DNA of 64,000 nt from Ginsengibacter sp. (lineage in GTDB: Bacteria; Bacteroidota; Bacteroidia; Chitinophagales; Chitinophagaceae). Below the pieces are notes generated by a model. It did not search any database. It saw only the letters and a program-made list of their open reading frames with translations, and had not been told where the DNA came from. Below are positions 1-11,193 of the stretch, one piece after another. Location of the stretch: NCBI GenBank assembly GCA_040003385.1, contig JBDUCQ010000001.1, forward strand, positions 11,811 through 75,810, read 5' to 3'. Position numbers and translations under genes: made by a program. Numbering within the stretch: the stretch's first letter is position 1; the number at the start of each line of letters is the position of its first letter.

Positions 1-1050
1 GGCTTTGATAAAGAACAAATGCTGATCATAAATAATGCCGGACGAGGAATAAACAACAATGCTTTTAAAGAATCATTGTCAAGTATTCCGGGTGTGAAAA
101 AAGTTGCGGCGGCCGACGGAATGCTAAGCGGACAAAACTGGACTACCAGCCTTCGTAGGCGTGGCTCACAAGATGCACAACTGGTAAATTTCCTGGATGT
201 TGATTATGACTACCTGGACGTTATGGGTATACCGATAAAAGAAGGAAGGGGATTTTCACAACAATTCATGGGAGATACCCTCACAAAAGGAATACCGGGT
301 CCCACAGAACAGGTCGTTGGTAGTGTGATCCTTAATGAAACAGCAGTTAAAGTATTAGGGATACCCGCTCCCGCAATCGGGCAACAGCTTGTTTGGTCGC
401 GTGATGCGGATACCACTTACTATATCAATATCGTAGGGGTAACAAAAGATTTTCACTTTACTTCTCTTCGCGATGAGATCAAGCCATTTGCTTTCGTTGT
501 TAATCCAGCAAGAACAAGTCTCCTGGCCGTTAAGTTGTCAGGTAAAAATATTCGCAATACGTTAGCCCAGGTAGAATCCAAATGGCAAACGAGTTCCGCA
601 GGTAAGCCATTTGACTACTATTTTTTAGATGAAAGCATTGATAAGCTTTATAAATCAGAACAGAATTTTAAAAGCTTATTTTCTTATTTCACCGTCATCG
701 CATTAATCATTGCCTGTCTTGGATTATTTGGTCTTGCTGCTTTTACGGCAGAGCAGCGTACAAAAGAAATCGGTATTAGAAAAGTGCTGGGCGCTACCGT
801 TTCAAACATTGTTGCCATGCTATCGAAAGATTTTCTAAAACTGGTAGCAATTGCCGGATTAATCGCTTTCCCAATTGCCTGGTTCGTCATGAATAAATGG
901 TTACAGGACTTTTCATATAGAGTACATATCGATTTGTCTGTTTTTGCAATTGCCGGAATAGCAGCTTTAGTGATCGCATTATTTACCGTGAGCTTCCAGG
1001 CAATAAAGGCAGGAATTGCGAACCCGGTGAAGTCGTTGAGAACTGAATAA
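1..1050 (+). CDS. MacB/FtsX-family ABC transporter permease, array copy 1 (5'-truncated by the window edge)
   Basis: The frame is open from base 1 (GFDKEQMLII, the array's G(F/Y)xK motif), so the ORF-track start at 19 is internal. Has EQRTKEIGIRKVLGA and C-terminal ANPVKSLRTE. Confidence 0.93.
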   Translation, partial: GFDKEQMLIINNAGRGINNNAFKESLSSIPGVKKVAAADGMLSGQNWTTSLRRRGSQDAQLVNFLDVDYDYLDVMGIPIKEGRGFSQQFMGDTLTKGIPGPTEQVVGSVILNETAVKVLGIPAPAIGQQLVWSRDADTTYYINIVGVTKDFHFTSLRDEIKPFAFVVNPARTSLLAVKLSGKNIRNTLAQVESKWQTSSAGKPFDYYFLDESIDKLYKSEQNFKSLFSYFTVIALIIACLGLFGLAAFTAEQRTKEIGIRKVLGATVSNIVAMLSKDFLKLVAIAGLIAFPIAWFVMNKWLQDFSYRVHIDLSVFAIAGIAALVIALFTVSFQAIKAGIANPVKSLRTE

Positions 1051-1054
1051 ACCA

Positions 1055-1100
1055 ATTTGGAGATTTGGTGATTTGAAAATTTGAAAATGAGGTATCAGGC
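1055..1100. repeat. Spacer 1: four 8-nt tandem units (ATTTGGAG/ATTTGGTG/ATTTGAAA/ATTTGAAA) followed by GAGGTATCAGGC
   Basis: Read directly between the stop at 1050 and the ATG at 1101. Confidence 0.8.
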
Positions 1101-3545
1101 ATGCTAAAAAATTATTTCAATATTGCATTCAGAAATTTTTTACATAGAAAAGTTTTTTCATTCATCAATATTATTGGACTGGGAATAGGCATCAGCGCAT
1201 CACTCGTTATTTTCTTAATCGTTGATTATGACCTGACCTTCGATAAATTCCACAAGGATGGTGACCGGATTTTCCGGGTAGTATCTGATTTTAATTTTAG
1301 TGGAAATGATGTCCATAGCTCTGGCGTTTCTTCACCCATGGGGACAACTGTTTACAAAGAACTCGCCGGTATTGAATTCGCCGCAGCTTTTCGCACTGCG
1401 AATGAAACGAAAGTGTCGATCCCCGTTGAAAATAAAGACAGGCCTGTTGTGTTTAAAAAAGAGAAACACATTGTTTATGCAGATCAAAATTATTTCCGGC
1501 TCATCCAATATACCTGGATTACCGGCTCACCATCTACATCTTTGAAAGTTCCGTACCAGGTGGTACTCACTGCTTCAAAGGCAGCATTTTATTTTCCGGC
1601 TATCCCTGCTTTACAGGTTATAGGGAGGGAGATCATTTTTGATGATTCGGTAAGGGCCACTGTTTCAGGAATTGTTAAGGACATTGAACAAAATACTGAC
1701 TTTACTTTCACCACTTTTATTTCCAGGGCAACACTCGAAAGCACATCGTTAAAGCCGGATGACTGGGATCAATGGGACAACACGAACTCCGCGTCGCAAC
1801 TCATGATCAAATTATCAAAAGGCACCAGCCGGGCTCAGATCGTAAGCCGTGTGAACACAATCTATAAGAAATATAGAAAAGATGATCCTGAAGATCATTC
1901 TAAAACAGCGTATAGCCTTCAACCCTTAGCCACAATTCATTTCGATGAGCGGTATGATAATTTTGATCAGCGCCTTGCACATAAACCGACCATGTACGGA
2001 CTCCTTGCTGTGGCTGCATTTTTATTGATACTGGGGTGTATTAATTTTATTAACCTTACCACTGCTCAGGCATCCCAGCGCGCCAAAGAGATCGGCATCA
2101 GGAAAACGATGGGAAGCTCCAAAAGGCAGCTGGTATTCCAGTTCCTCGGTGAAACATTTTTCCTCACCCTTGTTTCTACCCTGTTGTCCCTTGCCTTAAC
2201 GCCATTGCTGCTTAAGGCATTTGCAGATTTCATTCCTGAAGGATTACATTTTCATCTGTCCCAACCTGGTCTACTTATTTTTCTTTCGGTTCTCACCATC
2301 ATTGTTACATTGCTGGCCGGTTTTTATCCAGCCCTTGTGCTTTCTTCTTATAAACCAGTTGCTGTATTGAAAAACCAGCTGGGAAAATCAACAAAAACCC
2401 GCAGTGCATGGTTCCGTAAATCGCTGACAGTTTCTCAATTTGTGATAGCACAGGTTTTTATTATTGCCACAATCCTGGTGAGTAAACAAATCCGCTTTTC
2501 TTTAAATATGGATTTAGGATTTAAAAAAGATGCGGTGGTTTATTTTTCAACCAATTATTATGATACTTCAAAAAACAGCAGGCTGGTATTACTTCAGAAA
2601 CTAAAAGCCATACCCGGGATACAAATGGTAAGCATGGCTTATAATCCTCCTTCATCAAATTCACAATGGACAAGTACCACAACATTCAATGATGGAAAAA
2701 AAGACATCGAGACCGATGTGCAGGTATTGTTGGCAGATACAAATTATGTAAAACTTTTCGGGTTGAAATTGCTTGCCGGTAATGATCTGCCATTCAGTGA
2801 TACCCCCAATAGCGTATTGATCAATGAAGCTTATGCCAATATACTTGGGTTTCATAACCCCCAGCACGCGATAGGAAAACAGCTCAGGTGGAATCAAAAG
2901 GAAATCCCGATCGTTGGAGTGCTCCGCAACTTTCACCAGAGATCTCTGCATGAAATGATAAAACCATTACTGATTGCTAATTCAGGAAATACTCTACGAA
3001 CATTCAACATGTTGCTACAGTCACAGGATCCGGCTGGAACAGTCTGGAAAGGGGCAATTGATAAAATCAATAATGCGTACAACGAAGTGTATCCTGAAGC
3101 AGATATAGAATTGAATTTCCTCGACAAGACGCTGGCTAAATATTATGAAGGAGAACAACACATTTCCGGACTCCTGCTTTGGGCAACTGTTCTGGCAATT
3201 TTTATCAGCTGCCTGGGTTTATTAGGATTAGTCATGTATATCACCAATCAAAAAACAAAAGAAATAGGGATACGGAAAGTTATTGGTGCCACCATTTCAC
3301 AGATCATCCTGCTGCTGTCAAAAGATTTTTTAAAACTAATATTTATCGCATTCCTTGTGGCCTTACCGGTTGCATGGTGGGGTGCCCATACCTGGCTTCA
3401 GAATTTCGCTTATAAAACTCCGATGAGCTGGTGGGTATACATCGCAGGCGGATTGGTAATGCTATTGATGGCTTTGATAATATTGATTGCCAGGACATTC
3501 AGGGCTGCGTCGGCAAACCCGGTTGAGTCGCTTAGAACGGAGTGA
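1101..3545 (+). CDS. MacB/FtsX-family ABC permease, copy 2 (814 aa)
   Basis: MLKNYFNIAFRN start, two periplasmic plus FtsX-like TM repeats, RAKEIGIRKTMG and KTKEIGIRKVIG motifs, ends ANPVESLRTE. Confidence 0.93.
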   Translation: MLKNYFNIAFRNFLHRKVFSFINIIGLGIGISASLVIFLIVDYDLTFDKFHKDGDRIFRVVSDFNFSGNDVHSSGVSSPMGTTVYKELAGIEFAAAFRTANETKVSIPVENKDRPVVFKKEKHIVYADQNYFRLIQYTWITGSPSTSLKVPYQVVLTASKAAFYFPAIPALQVIGREIIFDDSVRATVSGIVKDIEQNTDFTFTTFISRATLESTSLKPDDWDQWDNTNSASQLMIKLSKGTSRAQIVSRVNTIYKKYRKDDPEDHSKTAYSLQPLATIHFDERYDNFDQRLAHKPTMYGLLAVAAFLLILGCINFINLTTAQASQRAKEIGIRKTMGSSKRQLVFQFLGETFFLTLVSTLLSLALTPLLLKAFADFIPEGLHFHLSQPGLLIFLSVLTIIVTLLAGFYPALVLSSYKPVAVLKNQLGKSTKTRSAWFRKSLTVSQFVIAQVFIIATILVSKQIRFSLNMDLGFKKDAVVYFSTNYYDTSKNSRLVLLQKLKAIPGIQMVSMAYNPPSSNSQWTSTTTFNDGKKDIETDVQVLLADTNYVKLFGLKLLAGNDLPFSDTPNSVLINEAYANILGFHNPQHAIGKQLRWNQKEIPIVGVLRNFHQRSLHEMIKPLLIANSGNTLRTFNMLLQSQDPAGTVWKGAIDKINNAYNEVYPEADIELNFLDKTLAKYYEGEQHISGLLLWATVLAIFISCLGLLGLVMYITNQKTKEIGIRKVIGATISQIILLLSKDFLKLIFIAFLVALPVAWWGAHTWLQNFAYKTPMSWWVYIAGGLVMLLMALIILIARTFRAASANPVESLRTE

Positions 3546-3628
3546 TATGACTAGGTATATAGAGAATTCGAATATAAAAAGTACCCTGGGTAAGTAGAGT
3601 AACTAATGAATTAAATAAAATAATTGAC

Positions 3629-6028
3629 ATGATAAGGAACTTTTTCAAAACTGCGATCAGGAATTTATTGAGAAATAAAACATATACAACCATTAACATC
3701 CTGGGGCTCGCACTTGGATTATCTGTCTGCCTCATTATTTTCGCTATCATCAGCTTCGAAACCGGATTTGATAAATTTCACCATAAAAAAGACCGGATAT
3801 ACCGTGTGCTTACTGAGTTCCATGATGTTACCGGTGTAAATACAAGTGCGGGTGTTCCTTTCCCATTGCCACAAGCCATCAAAGCTGAATATCCGCAGCT
3901 TGAAAAAGTAACTTCTGTTTTTTCAAACGGGAATGACCAGATCATTATTTTGGATGATAAAGACAACCTTCAAAATAAATTTAAAGAAGAGACAGGCGTT
4001 TTTTTTACAGACCCATCGTTCTTCGAGATCTTCGACTTTCCATGGATAACCGGCACCCCATCATCACTCAATGAACCTAATAATGCCGCTCTGACAAAAT
4101 CGACTGCAATCAAATATTTCGGTGACTGGAAAAAGGCGATTGGAAAAACGATCCGGCGGAATAATAAACAGGACCTTAAAATTTCGGGTATCATCCAGGA
4201 CCCGCCTGCGAATACAGATTTCCAACTGAAGATTGTTGTCTCTTTCAAAACAATGAAAAATCCTACTGATGATTGGGGTTCCGTTTCCAGCTCCATGGGC
4301 TGTTATATTCTCCTTCCACCGGGCCTAACTGCTAAAAAATTCAATTCTCAGTTACCGGCATTTGTAAAAAAATATAAAAAGCCAGACCAGGTTAATGATG
4401 CGCAAGTGATAGGCCCGTTAAGTGAAGTGCACTTTAACAGTAAGGTGAGTAATTTCCTGGGCAGAACGATTAGTTGGGAACTTATCAGGACATTGATTTT
4501 TATTGCTTTTTTTATCCTTATTATCGCGTGTGTGAATTTTATCAACCTGTCTACAGCACAGGCAGTGAACCGGGCTAAAGAAGTCGGCATCAGGAAAGTT
4601 CTTGGAAGTAAAAAAGAGCAACTTCGCATTCAATTTCTTACCGAAACAACTCTGATCGTATTGGCTTCAGTAGCGATTGCTTTGGTCATCACAGTCGTAA
4701 CAATTCCGTACATTAAAAACCTGCTGAAACTACCGCTGTCAAATAATATATTTTCCAATCCTCTGATCGTTTTGTTTTTGATCATCATCATTCCCTTGGT
4801 GGTATTGTTGTCAGGCTTCTACCCTTCTGTTGTATTGTCCAGGTTCAATCCCGTGAATGCGCTAAAAAGTAAATCATTCGCCAACGCATCAAAAGGAATA
4901 ACGTTGAGAAAGGGACTTGTGGTGGTGCAGTTTGTAATCGCCCAGGCACTCATAATCGGCACCATAGTGATTGTTTTGCAAATGAATTATTTCAATTCAA
5001 AACCAATGGGCTTTGATAAAGAAGCCATCATCACCATTCCATTTCCAACGGACAGCGCCAGCCTTGCCAAACTTGATTTTTTAAAAAATAAATTAAGCGA
5101 ACAAAAGGGAATTGAAAAATTCAGCCTTGGTTTTGCCAGCCCGGCGCAAATCGGCAATTGGTATTCTAACTTCAAATTTGACCACGCAGCAAAGGAAACC
5201 GACTTCGGTGCCAACATGAAATGGGGGGATGAAAATTATCTCAGCACTTTCGGATTACAGCTGATAGCCGGGCATAATATCCCAAAAAGTGATACCACCA
5301 CCGGGTTTATCATCAATGAAACCCTGTTAAAAATGCTGGGGATGACTGATCCTGCCAGTGCGCTTAACAAAGAGATCAACATGTGGGATGGAAAAATCAT
5401 AGCCAACATCATTGGAGTGGTTAAAGATTTTCATTCTGCTTCCCTGCAACAACCTTTGCAACCCATTCTCATTGCAAGCAACAAAGAGGTGTATAATATT
5501 GCGGCAATCAAGCTCAGGCCACTGCAGGTCCGTGAACAGATCAAAATTCTCGAGCAGGTATGGACTTCCATTTACCCCGAATATGTTTTTGAATATGAGT
5601 TCATGGATAAAAAAATTGCATCATTCTATAATAATGAAAACAAATTATCCGGGCTGTACAAAATTTTTGCAGCGATCGCCATTTTCCTGAGCTGCCTCGG
5701 TTTGTATGGACTTGCCTCCTTCATGGCTGTACAACGCATCAAAGAAGTAGGGATCAGAAAGGTGTTGGGTGCATCGGTTAAAAGCGTCGTGTATTTATTT
5801 TCAAGGGAATTTATTACACTCATTTCAATCGCCTTCATTGTGGCGAGTGCAATAGCTTATTATTTTATGAAACAATGGCTGCAGGAATATACGTACCGGA
5901 TAGAAATTTCCTGGTGGATATTCTTATCAGCCGGACTTTTATCATTGTTCATCGCCATATTAACCGTTAGTTCGCAGGCCATCAAAGCGGCGGTAGCGAA
6001 CCCGGTAAAATCATTGAGGAGCGAGTGA
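3629..6028 (+). CDS. MacB/FtsX-family ABC permease, copy 3 (799 aa)
   Basis: Same architecture; INFINLSTAQ...RAKEVGIRKVLG equivalent; ends ANPVKSLRSE. Confidence 0.93.
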   Translation: MIRNFFKTAIRNLLRNKTYTTINILGLALGLSVCLIIFAIISFETGFDKFHHKKDRIYRVLTEFHDVTGVNTSAGVPFPLPQAIKAEYPQLEKVTSVFSNGNDQIIILDDKDNLQNKFKEETGVFFTDPSFFEIFDFPWITGTPSSLNEPNNAALTKSTAIKYFGDWKKAIGKTIRRNNKQDLKISGIIQDPPANTDFQLKIVVSFKTMKNPTDDWGSVSSSMGCYILLPPGLTAKKFNSQLPAFVKKYKKPDQVNDAQVIGPLSEVHFNSKVSNFLGRTISWELIRTLIFIAFFILIIACVNFINLSTAQAVNRAKEVGIRKVLGSKKEQLRIQFLTETTLIVLASVAIALVITVVTIPYIKNLLKLPLSNNIFSNPLIVLFLIIIIPLVVLLSGFYPSVVLSRFNPVNALKSKSFANASKGITLRKGLVVVQFVIAQALIIGTIVIVLQMNYFNSKPMGFDKEAIITIPFPTDSASLAKLDFLKNKLSEQKGIEKFSLGFASPAQIGNWYSNFKFDHAAKETDFGANMKWGDENYLSTFGLQLIAGHNIPKSDTTTGFIINETLLKMLGMTDPASALNKEINMWDGKIIANIIGVVKDFHSASLQQPLQPILIASNKEVYNIAAIKLRPLQVREQIKILEQVWTSIYPEYVFEYEFMDKKIASFYNNENKLSGLYKIFAAIAIFLSCLGLYGLASFMAVQRIKEVGIRKVLGASVKSVVYLFSREFITLISIAFIVASAIAYYFMKQWLQEYTYRIEISWWIFLSAGLLSLFIAILTVSSQAIKAAVANPVKSLRSE

Positions 6029-6180
6029 AGTATCAGGTATCAGGTATGAGGTGTTAGTCATTATGGATAGAGTTAGGCTAATAAAAAAGTTTGAGAAACG
6101 AATAATAAATAATAAATAAAGTATGACAAAAGATATCAACTTCTGCACCTGATACCTCATGCCTCATACCTGATACCTAA
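6029..6180. repeat. Spacer 3: inverted 7-nt-repeat arms around an AT-rich core
   Basis: 5' arm AGTATCAGGTATCAGGTATGAGGTG (6029-6053) is complementary to 3' arm CACCTGATACCTCATGCCTCATACCTGATACCT (6146-6178). Confidence 0.88.
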
Positions 6181-6190
6181 ATAATCTTAT

Positions 6191-8587
6191 ATGTTTCAAA
6201 ATTACTTCAGATCGGCCCTCCGCCATTTGCGTAAGAATAAACTGTACACTTTCATCAATATTTTTGGGTTGACAGTCGGGTTAAGCGCCTGCCTGCTGAT
6301 CGGAATTTATATCAGCCATGAATTGAGTTATGATCAATTTAATGCTAACAAAAACCGTATTGTAAGGGCTACCATGGAATATGGCAAGGCCGGCACTTTG
6401 AACACCACCGCTACAACAGGTACTAAAGTTGGTCCAGAGTTCAAACGTACATTTCCTTTGGTGGAGGATTTTGCAAGAACATTCATCAGCAGCAGCGTCG
6501 TAAAAAATGGCGACAAAATATTTGATGAATCCCATATTCTTTTTGCAGATCCCTCCTTTTTCAAAATATTTTCATTTCGCCTGCTCAAGGGCGATCCGGC
6601 CACTGTGCTCGATTCACGTGATAAGATTGTCATCACACAATCGATGGCCAAAAAATATTTTGGCAATGAAGACGCGATGAATAAAACATTAACCGCTACC
6701 GGTAAAGATTTTACCGTATCCGGTATTTGTGAAGACGTACCTCAGAATTCCCAGGTAAAATTCGATTTTGCGACCCAATTTCTAAACATGGGCAATGGTG
6801 TTAAAGATGAAACGTGGTGGACCGCCAACTGGATCACTTACTTTTTGCTTCGCGATTCGAAAAGCATTCCGCAACTGCAGGCCCAGGTCAATGCCTACAT
6901 GAAAACTCCCCACGTTAGAGCTGATGCTCGACTGGAGGGCAATGGATTCCTAAGTTACCACTTAGAACCCCTCACAAGGGTTCACTTGTATTCCCCTCTT
7001 GCAGGTTTCGAACCAAACGGGAGCATAGGGTATATCTACATGTTTGTGATCATCGCTTTGCTCATCCTGGTCATTGCTTGTGCCAATTATACCAATCTTG
7101 CTACAGCTTTGTCATCCGGACGGGGCGGAGAAATAGGAATGCGCAAAGTGATGGGTGCTTCAAAACGCCAGGTGTTCCTGCAGTTCATCGGCGAGTCTTC
7201 GATGATCACTTTTATCGCAGCAGCATTTGCTTTTGGACTGAGTGTTTTGCTGATACCTTATTTTAACAACATCACAGGAAAACAATTCACAACTGAGGTT
7301 TTATTACAACCCGTTGTCATCATCGGGCTGGTCATTTTTTCCTTGCTTGTAAGCTTTTTTGCAGGCTGTTACCCCGCTTTGATTTTATCAGGAAAACAAA
7401 TTATGGGCGTACTTAAAAAGGGTTTCACATTTACAGGCGGCAACAACCTCCTTCGAAAAAGCCTCATTGTTGCACAGTTTGGAATTTCAGTTTTCCTCAT
7501 CATTTATACGGTAGTCATCCTGCAGCAGATGCACTATATGCAAACCAAAAATCTTGGCTATGATAAAGACCACATAGTAGTATTACCCATCGGTGGCAAG
7601 ATGCTGCAGAATTTTCAGAATATTAAAGATGCCATTGAACAGGTTCCAGCAGTGCAGGGAGTTACTGCGTCCTATGAAACGCCCGAGTACGTAGAATGGA
7701 CTGATGGCCTCACTGCAACGGATGAAAAAGGCAGACACGAAATATCCCTGAATGCGATGCCTGTTGATCTGGATTTCATTAAAACAATGAACATGCAACT
7801 GGTTGCCGGGCGTGATTTTCAACCCTCTGATTTCCCGGACACTGACAGCACTAAAAATTCTAACTGGAAACAGCCATACCTGGTCAATGAGACCCTCGCA
7901 AAAAAAATAGGCTGGACACCGCAGCAAGCCATTGGCAGGAATATAGAAAACCGCTCATTAGGACCCATAGTGGGAGTTGTAAAAGATTTTAATTTCAGCA
8001 GTCTCCATGATCCCATCGGGCCATTGCTTATTTTTTTAGGGAGAAATTTTTCACGCACATTCATGGTAAGGATCAGTGGCAATAATATATCTGCCACCCT
8101 CGCCCAGATGGAAATGGTGTGGAAGCAGCGTGTTCCTGACAGACCCTTCAATTATCATTTTCTTAACGAGGACTACAATAAACTTTACCAGGCCGAAGAA
8201 CGCAGCTCTGCTCTTTTTTCTGTAGCTGCAGGACTGGCAATCGTGCTGGCGAGTCTCGGCTTATTCGGCCTTGCAGCTTTCACCACGGTACAACGCACCA
8301 AGGAGATCGGCATCAGGAGAGTGCTGGGTGCTAACATAAGCAGCATCACCCTGCTGATTGCAAAAAACTTTTTGAAGCTGGTAGGCATGGCAATTTTTAT
8401 CGCAGTCCCTTTAGCGTGGTGGGCAGGAAGTCACTGGTTACAGGATTTTGCTTTCAGGATTAAAATACGGTGGGAAATATTTATTACTGCAGCCATTGCT
8501 GCGATACTGATCGCCTTGGTAACCGTAAGCTTTCATGCAATCAGAGCTGCTGTTTCAAACCCGGTAAAATCGTTGAGAAGCGAATGA
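6191..8587 (+). CDS. MacB/FtsX-family ABC permease, copy 4 (798 aa)
   Basis: Same architecture; QRTKEIGIRRVLGA; ends SNPVKSLRSE. Confidence 0.93.
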   Translation: MFQNYFRSALRHLRKNKLYTFINIFGLTVGLSACLLIGIYISHELSYDQFNANKNRIVRATMEYGKAGTLNTTATTGTKVGPEFKRTFPLVEDFARTFISSSVVKNGDKIFDESHILFADPSFFKIFSFRLLKGDPATVLDSRDKIVITQSMAKKYFGNEDAMNKTLTATGKDFTVSGICEDVPQNSQVKFDFATQFLNMGNGVKDETWWTANWITYFLLRDSKSIPQLQAQVNAYMKTPHVRADARLEGNGFLSYHLEPLTRVHLYSPLAGFEPNGSIGYIYMFVIIALLILVIACANYTNLATALSSGRGGEIGMRKVMGASKRQVFLQFIGESSMITFIAAAFAFGLSVLLIPYFNNITGKQFTTEVLLQPVVIIGLVIFSLLVSFFAGCYPALILSGKQIMGVLKKGFTFTGGNNLLRKSLIVAQFGISVFLIIYTVVILQQMHYMQTKNLGYDKDHIVVLPIGGKMLQNFQNIKDAIEQVPAVQGVTASYETPEYVEWTDGLTATDEKGRHEISLNAMPVDLDFIKTMNMQLVAGRDFQPSDFPDTDSTKNSNWKQPYLVNETLAKKIGWTPQQAIGRNIENRSLGPIVGVVKDFNFSSLHDPIGPLLIFLGRNFSRTFMVRISGNNISATLAQMEMVWKQRVPDRPFNYHFLNEDYNKLYQAEERSSALFSVAAGLAIVLASLGLFGLAAFTTVQRTKEIGIRRVLGANISSITLLIAKNFLKLVGMAIFIAVPLAWWAGSHWLQDFAFRIKIRWEIFITAAIAAILIALVTVSFHAIRAAVSNPVKSLRSE

Positions 8588-8718
8588 GGTATGAGGTATG
8601 AGGTGTTAGGCATTAGGAGTTAGTCTAATAAAGTTCGAGAAAATGAATAATAGATAATAAATAAAGCATGATAAAAGATATGAACTTCTTCACCTCATAC
8701 CTGATACCTGATACCTAA
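8587..8718. repeat. Spacer 4: inverted 7-nt-repeat arms, homologous to spacer 3
   Basis: AGGTATGAGGTATGAGGTG (8587-8605) versus CACCTCATACCTGATACCTGATACCT (8691-8716); the core aligns with spacer 3 (…AATAAATAAAG(T/C)ATGA(C/T)AAAAGATAT(C/G)AACTTCT…). Confidence 0.88.
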
Positions 8719-8721
8719 GCT

Positions 8722-11193
8722 ATGTTCCATAATTATTTCAAAATCGGTTTGCGCAATATAGTCCGCAATAAAGTGAGTAGTATTATAAATATTGCAGGAC
8801 TTGCCATTGGAATCACCTGCGTGATGTTTATCCTCTTTTACGTGCAGGATGAATTGGGGTACGACAGGTTCATTAATAATTCCGACCTCATGTATGAAGT
8901 CAATATTGAAGGGAACTTGGGTGGGCAGGAATTTTTAAGCGGCACTACTCCGCCGCCTGCTGGAGCTGCATTGCTGAATTCATTTCCCGAGGTAGAAACC
9001 TACACAAGGATCTTCAATGCCACTGAGGAGGTGGTGCGATCAGAAGAAAACAACCAGGCAGTAAATTCTTTTACTGAAAGAAACGTGCACGGTGTTGATT
9101 CAAATTTTTTACAGTTATTCAACTTTAAATTACTACAGGGGAATGCTGCTACCTGTTTAATGCCACCAGATGCGGTTGTGATCACCAATCAGGTTGCCAA
9201 AAAATATTTTGGCAACGGGAACGCGATGGGCAAGATCCTGCTGTTTGATGATGAAAAAAAGCCATTCACCGTTACGGCGATACTGGAAAATTTACCTGCA
9301 CAATCCTCCCTGCAATTTGATATGCTACGCCCAATGTCATCTTATCCCATCGTAAAACGTTTCAGCTGGAGCTGGGTATGGACACAGGTAACCACATTTG
9401 TAAAATTAAAAGATCATCTCAATCGTAGTGCGTTACAAAAGCTGGAATCAAAATTTCCAATGATGCTGAAACAGCAGGCATCCAATGCATTCAGGCGCGT
9501 TGGCCAGCCATTGGATGAACTTGAAAAAAAAGGTGGCAAATACATTCTGCACCTTCAGCCTTTAACAGATGTGCACCTGCATTCAGCTGGAGTAAGTTCT
9601 GCCATCGCTACCCTGGGTGATATAAAATATGTTTACATCTTCTCCCTCATCGCCTGCTTTATTATCATCCTGGCTTGTGTAAACTTCATGAACCTGTCGA
9701 CAGCACAATCCGCAAAACGCGCAAAGGAAGTAGGCATACGAAAAGTGTTGGGATCAGCAAAGTCGCAATTGGTAATGCAGTTTTTTACGGAAGCATTTAT
9801 TTATACCATCATATCTACAGTCATCGCGATGATGCTCGTGCTGGTACTTATGAATTCTTTTAACCAGCTTTCCGGAAAGTCACTTTCGTTCACTTTGTTA
9901 TTTTCAAACCATAACATATTATACCTGTTAGCCGTCATCATAGTCACAGGTTTACTGGCGGGAAGCTATCCATCTTTTTACCTAACGTCTTTCGCGCCGG
10001 CTTCTGTGTTAAAGGGAAAGCTAATCAAAACAAGCATCGGCAATCTCTTTTTAAGAAATGGCCTGGTGATATTCCAGTTTACCATTTCAACAGCGCTTAT
10101 CATCTGTTCCATGGTCATGTTCCAACAACTCCAATTTACACGTAGTAAAAATATGGGGTTGAACAAAGACAATATCATGGTGATCGCTAACAGCAACCGG
10201 CTGGGGAGCGCTGAGAAAATATTCAGGGAGCAGGCTTCTGAAATGCCGGGGATAAAAAAAACAAGCATCACCACCAGCCTCCCTACTAAATATTTGTTTA
10301 CTGATGGATACGTTCCGGTTGCTGCCAGGGATGAAAGCATAGTAAAAGATATTTCACTGTCATCTTTTATCGTTGATGAAGATTTTGTTCCTGCCCTTCA
10401 GCTAAAAATCATAAAAGGCAGGAATTTTTCAACAGATTTTGCAGAAGCAGGTTCTGTAATCCTGAATGAAACAGCGGTCAGGCAAATCGGGTGGAAAGAA
10501 CCCATTGGCCAAATACTGAAATATCCAGGTAGCGGAGATGAAAACAGCCAGTTCAGGGTGGTTGGGGTGGTGAAAGATTTTAACTTCCAGTCATTGCACA
10601 CCCCGATCGCTCCATTTGCATTGTTCCATTCATCTTCAAAAACTTATGACCTCGGCATTTCTTATATCCTTGCAAGAGTCGATCCTTCCAAAACAAACAA
10701 TGTCATCAAACAATTGTCAGATAAATGGAAATCCCTCGCGCCTTCAACTCCTTTTGATTATAGCTTCCTGGATGAAGAGTTCATTGCACTTTATCAATCA
10801 GACAACCGTATGGGGAAAGTTTTTGGACTGTTTACCATTTTGTCAATTTTTGTTGCATGTCTCGGGCTATTCGGGCTAGCCACCTACACTGCAGAAAGGA
10901 GAACAAAAGAAATCGGGATCCGAAAAGTTTTGGGTGCTTCAGTGCAGGGAGTGGTGCGAATGCTTTCGAAAGAATTTTTAAAGTTGGTTCTTGTTGCAGC
11001 ACTTGTGGCTTTTCCTTTAGCATGGTGGGCAATGAACAAGTGGCTCGAAGATTTCGCTTACAGGATTAACATAAGCTGGCAGGTTTTTGTGTCAGCAGGT
11101 TGTGCTGTGTTGCTGATTACAATCGTTACTGTAAGCCTGAAAGCATTAAAGGCAGCAGTGGCAAACCCGGTAGAGAGTTTAAGAACAGAATGA
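8722..11193 (+). CDS. MacB/FtsX-family ABC permease, copy 5 (823 aa)
   Basis: Same architecture; NFMNLSTAQSAKRAKEVGIRKVLG; ends ANPVESLRTE. Confidence 0.93.
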   Translation: MFHNYFKIGLRNIVRNKVSSIINIAGLAIGITCVMFILFYVQDELGYDRFINNSDLMYEVNIEGNLGGQEFLSGTTPPPAGAALLNSFPEVETYTRIFNATEEVVRSEENNQAVNSFTERNVHGVDSNFLQLFNFKLLQGNAATCLMPPDAVVITNQVAKKYFGNGNAMGKILLFDDEKKPFTVTAILENLPAQSSLQFDMLRPMSSYPIVKRFSWSWVWTQVTTFVKLKDHLNRSALQKLESKFPMMLKQQASNAFRRVGQPLDELEKKGGKYILHLQPLTDVHLHSAGVSSAIATLGDIKYVYIFSLIACFIIILACVNFMNLSTAQSAKRAKEVGIRKVLGSAKSQLVMQFFTEAFIYTIISTVIAMMLVLVLMNSFNQLSGKSLSFTLLFSNHNILYLLAVIIVTGLLAGSYPSFYLTSFAPASVLKGKLIKTSIGNLFLRNGLVIFQFTISTALIICSMVMFQQLQFTRSKNMGLNKDNIMVIANSNRLGSAEKIFREQASEMPGIKKTSITTSLPTKYLFTDGYVPVAARDESIVKDISLSSFIVDEDFVPALQLKIIKGRNFSTDFAEAGSVILNETAVRQIGWKEPIGQILKYPGSGDENSQFRVVGVVKDFNFQSLHTPIAPFALFHSSSKTYDLGISYILARVDPSKTNNVIKQLSDKWKSLAPSTPFDYSFLDEEFIALYQSDNRMGKVFGLFTILSIFVACLGLFGLATYTAERRTKEIGIRKVLGASVQGVVRMLSKEFLKLVLVAALVAFPLAWWAMNKWLEDFAYRINISWQVFVSAGCAVLLITIVTVSLKALKAAVANPVESLRTE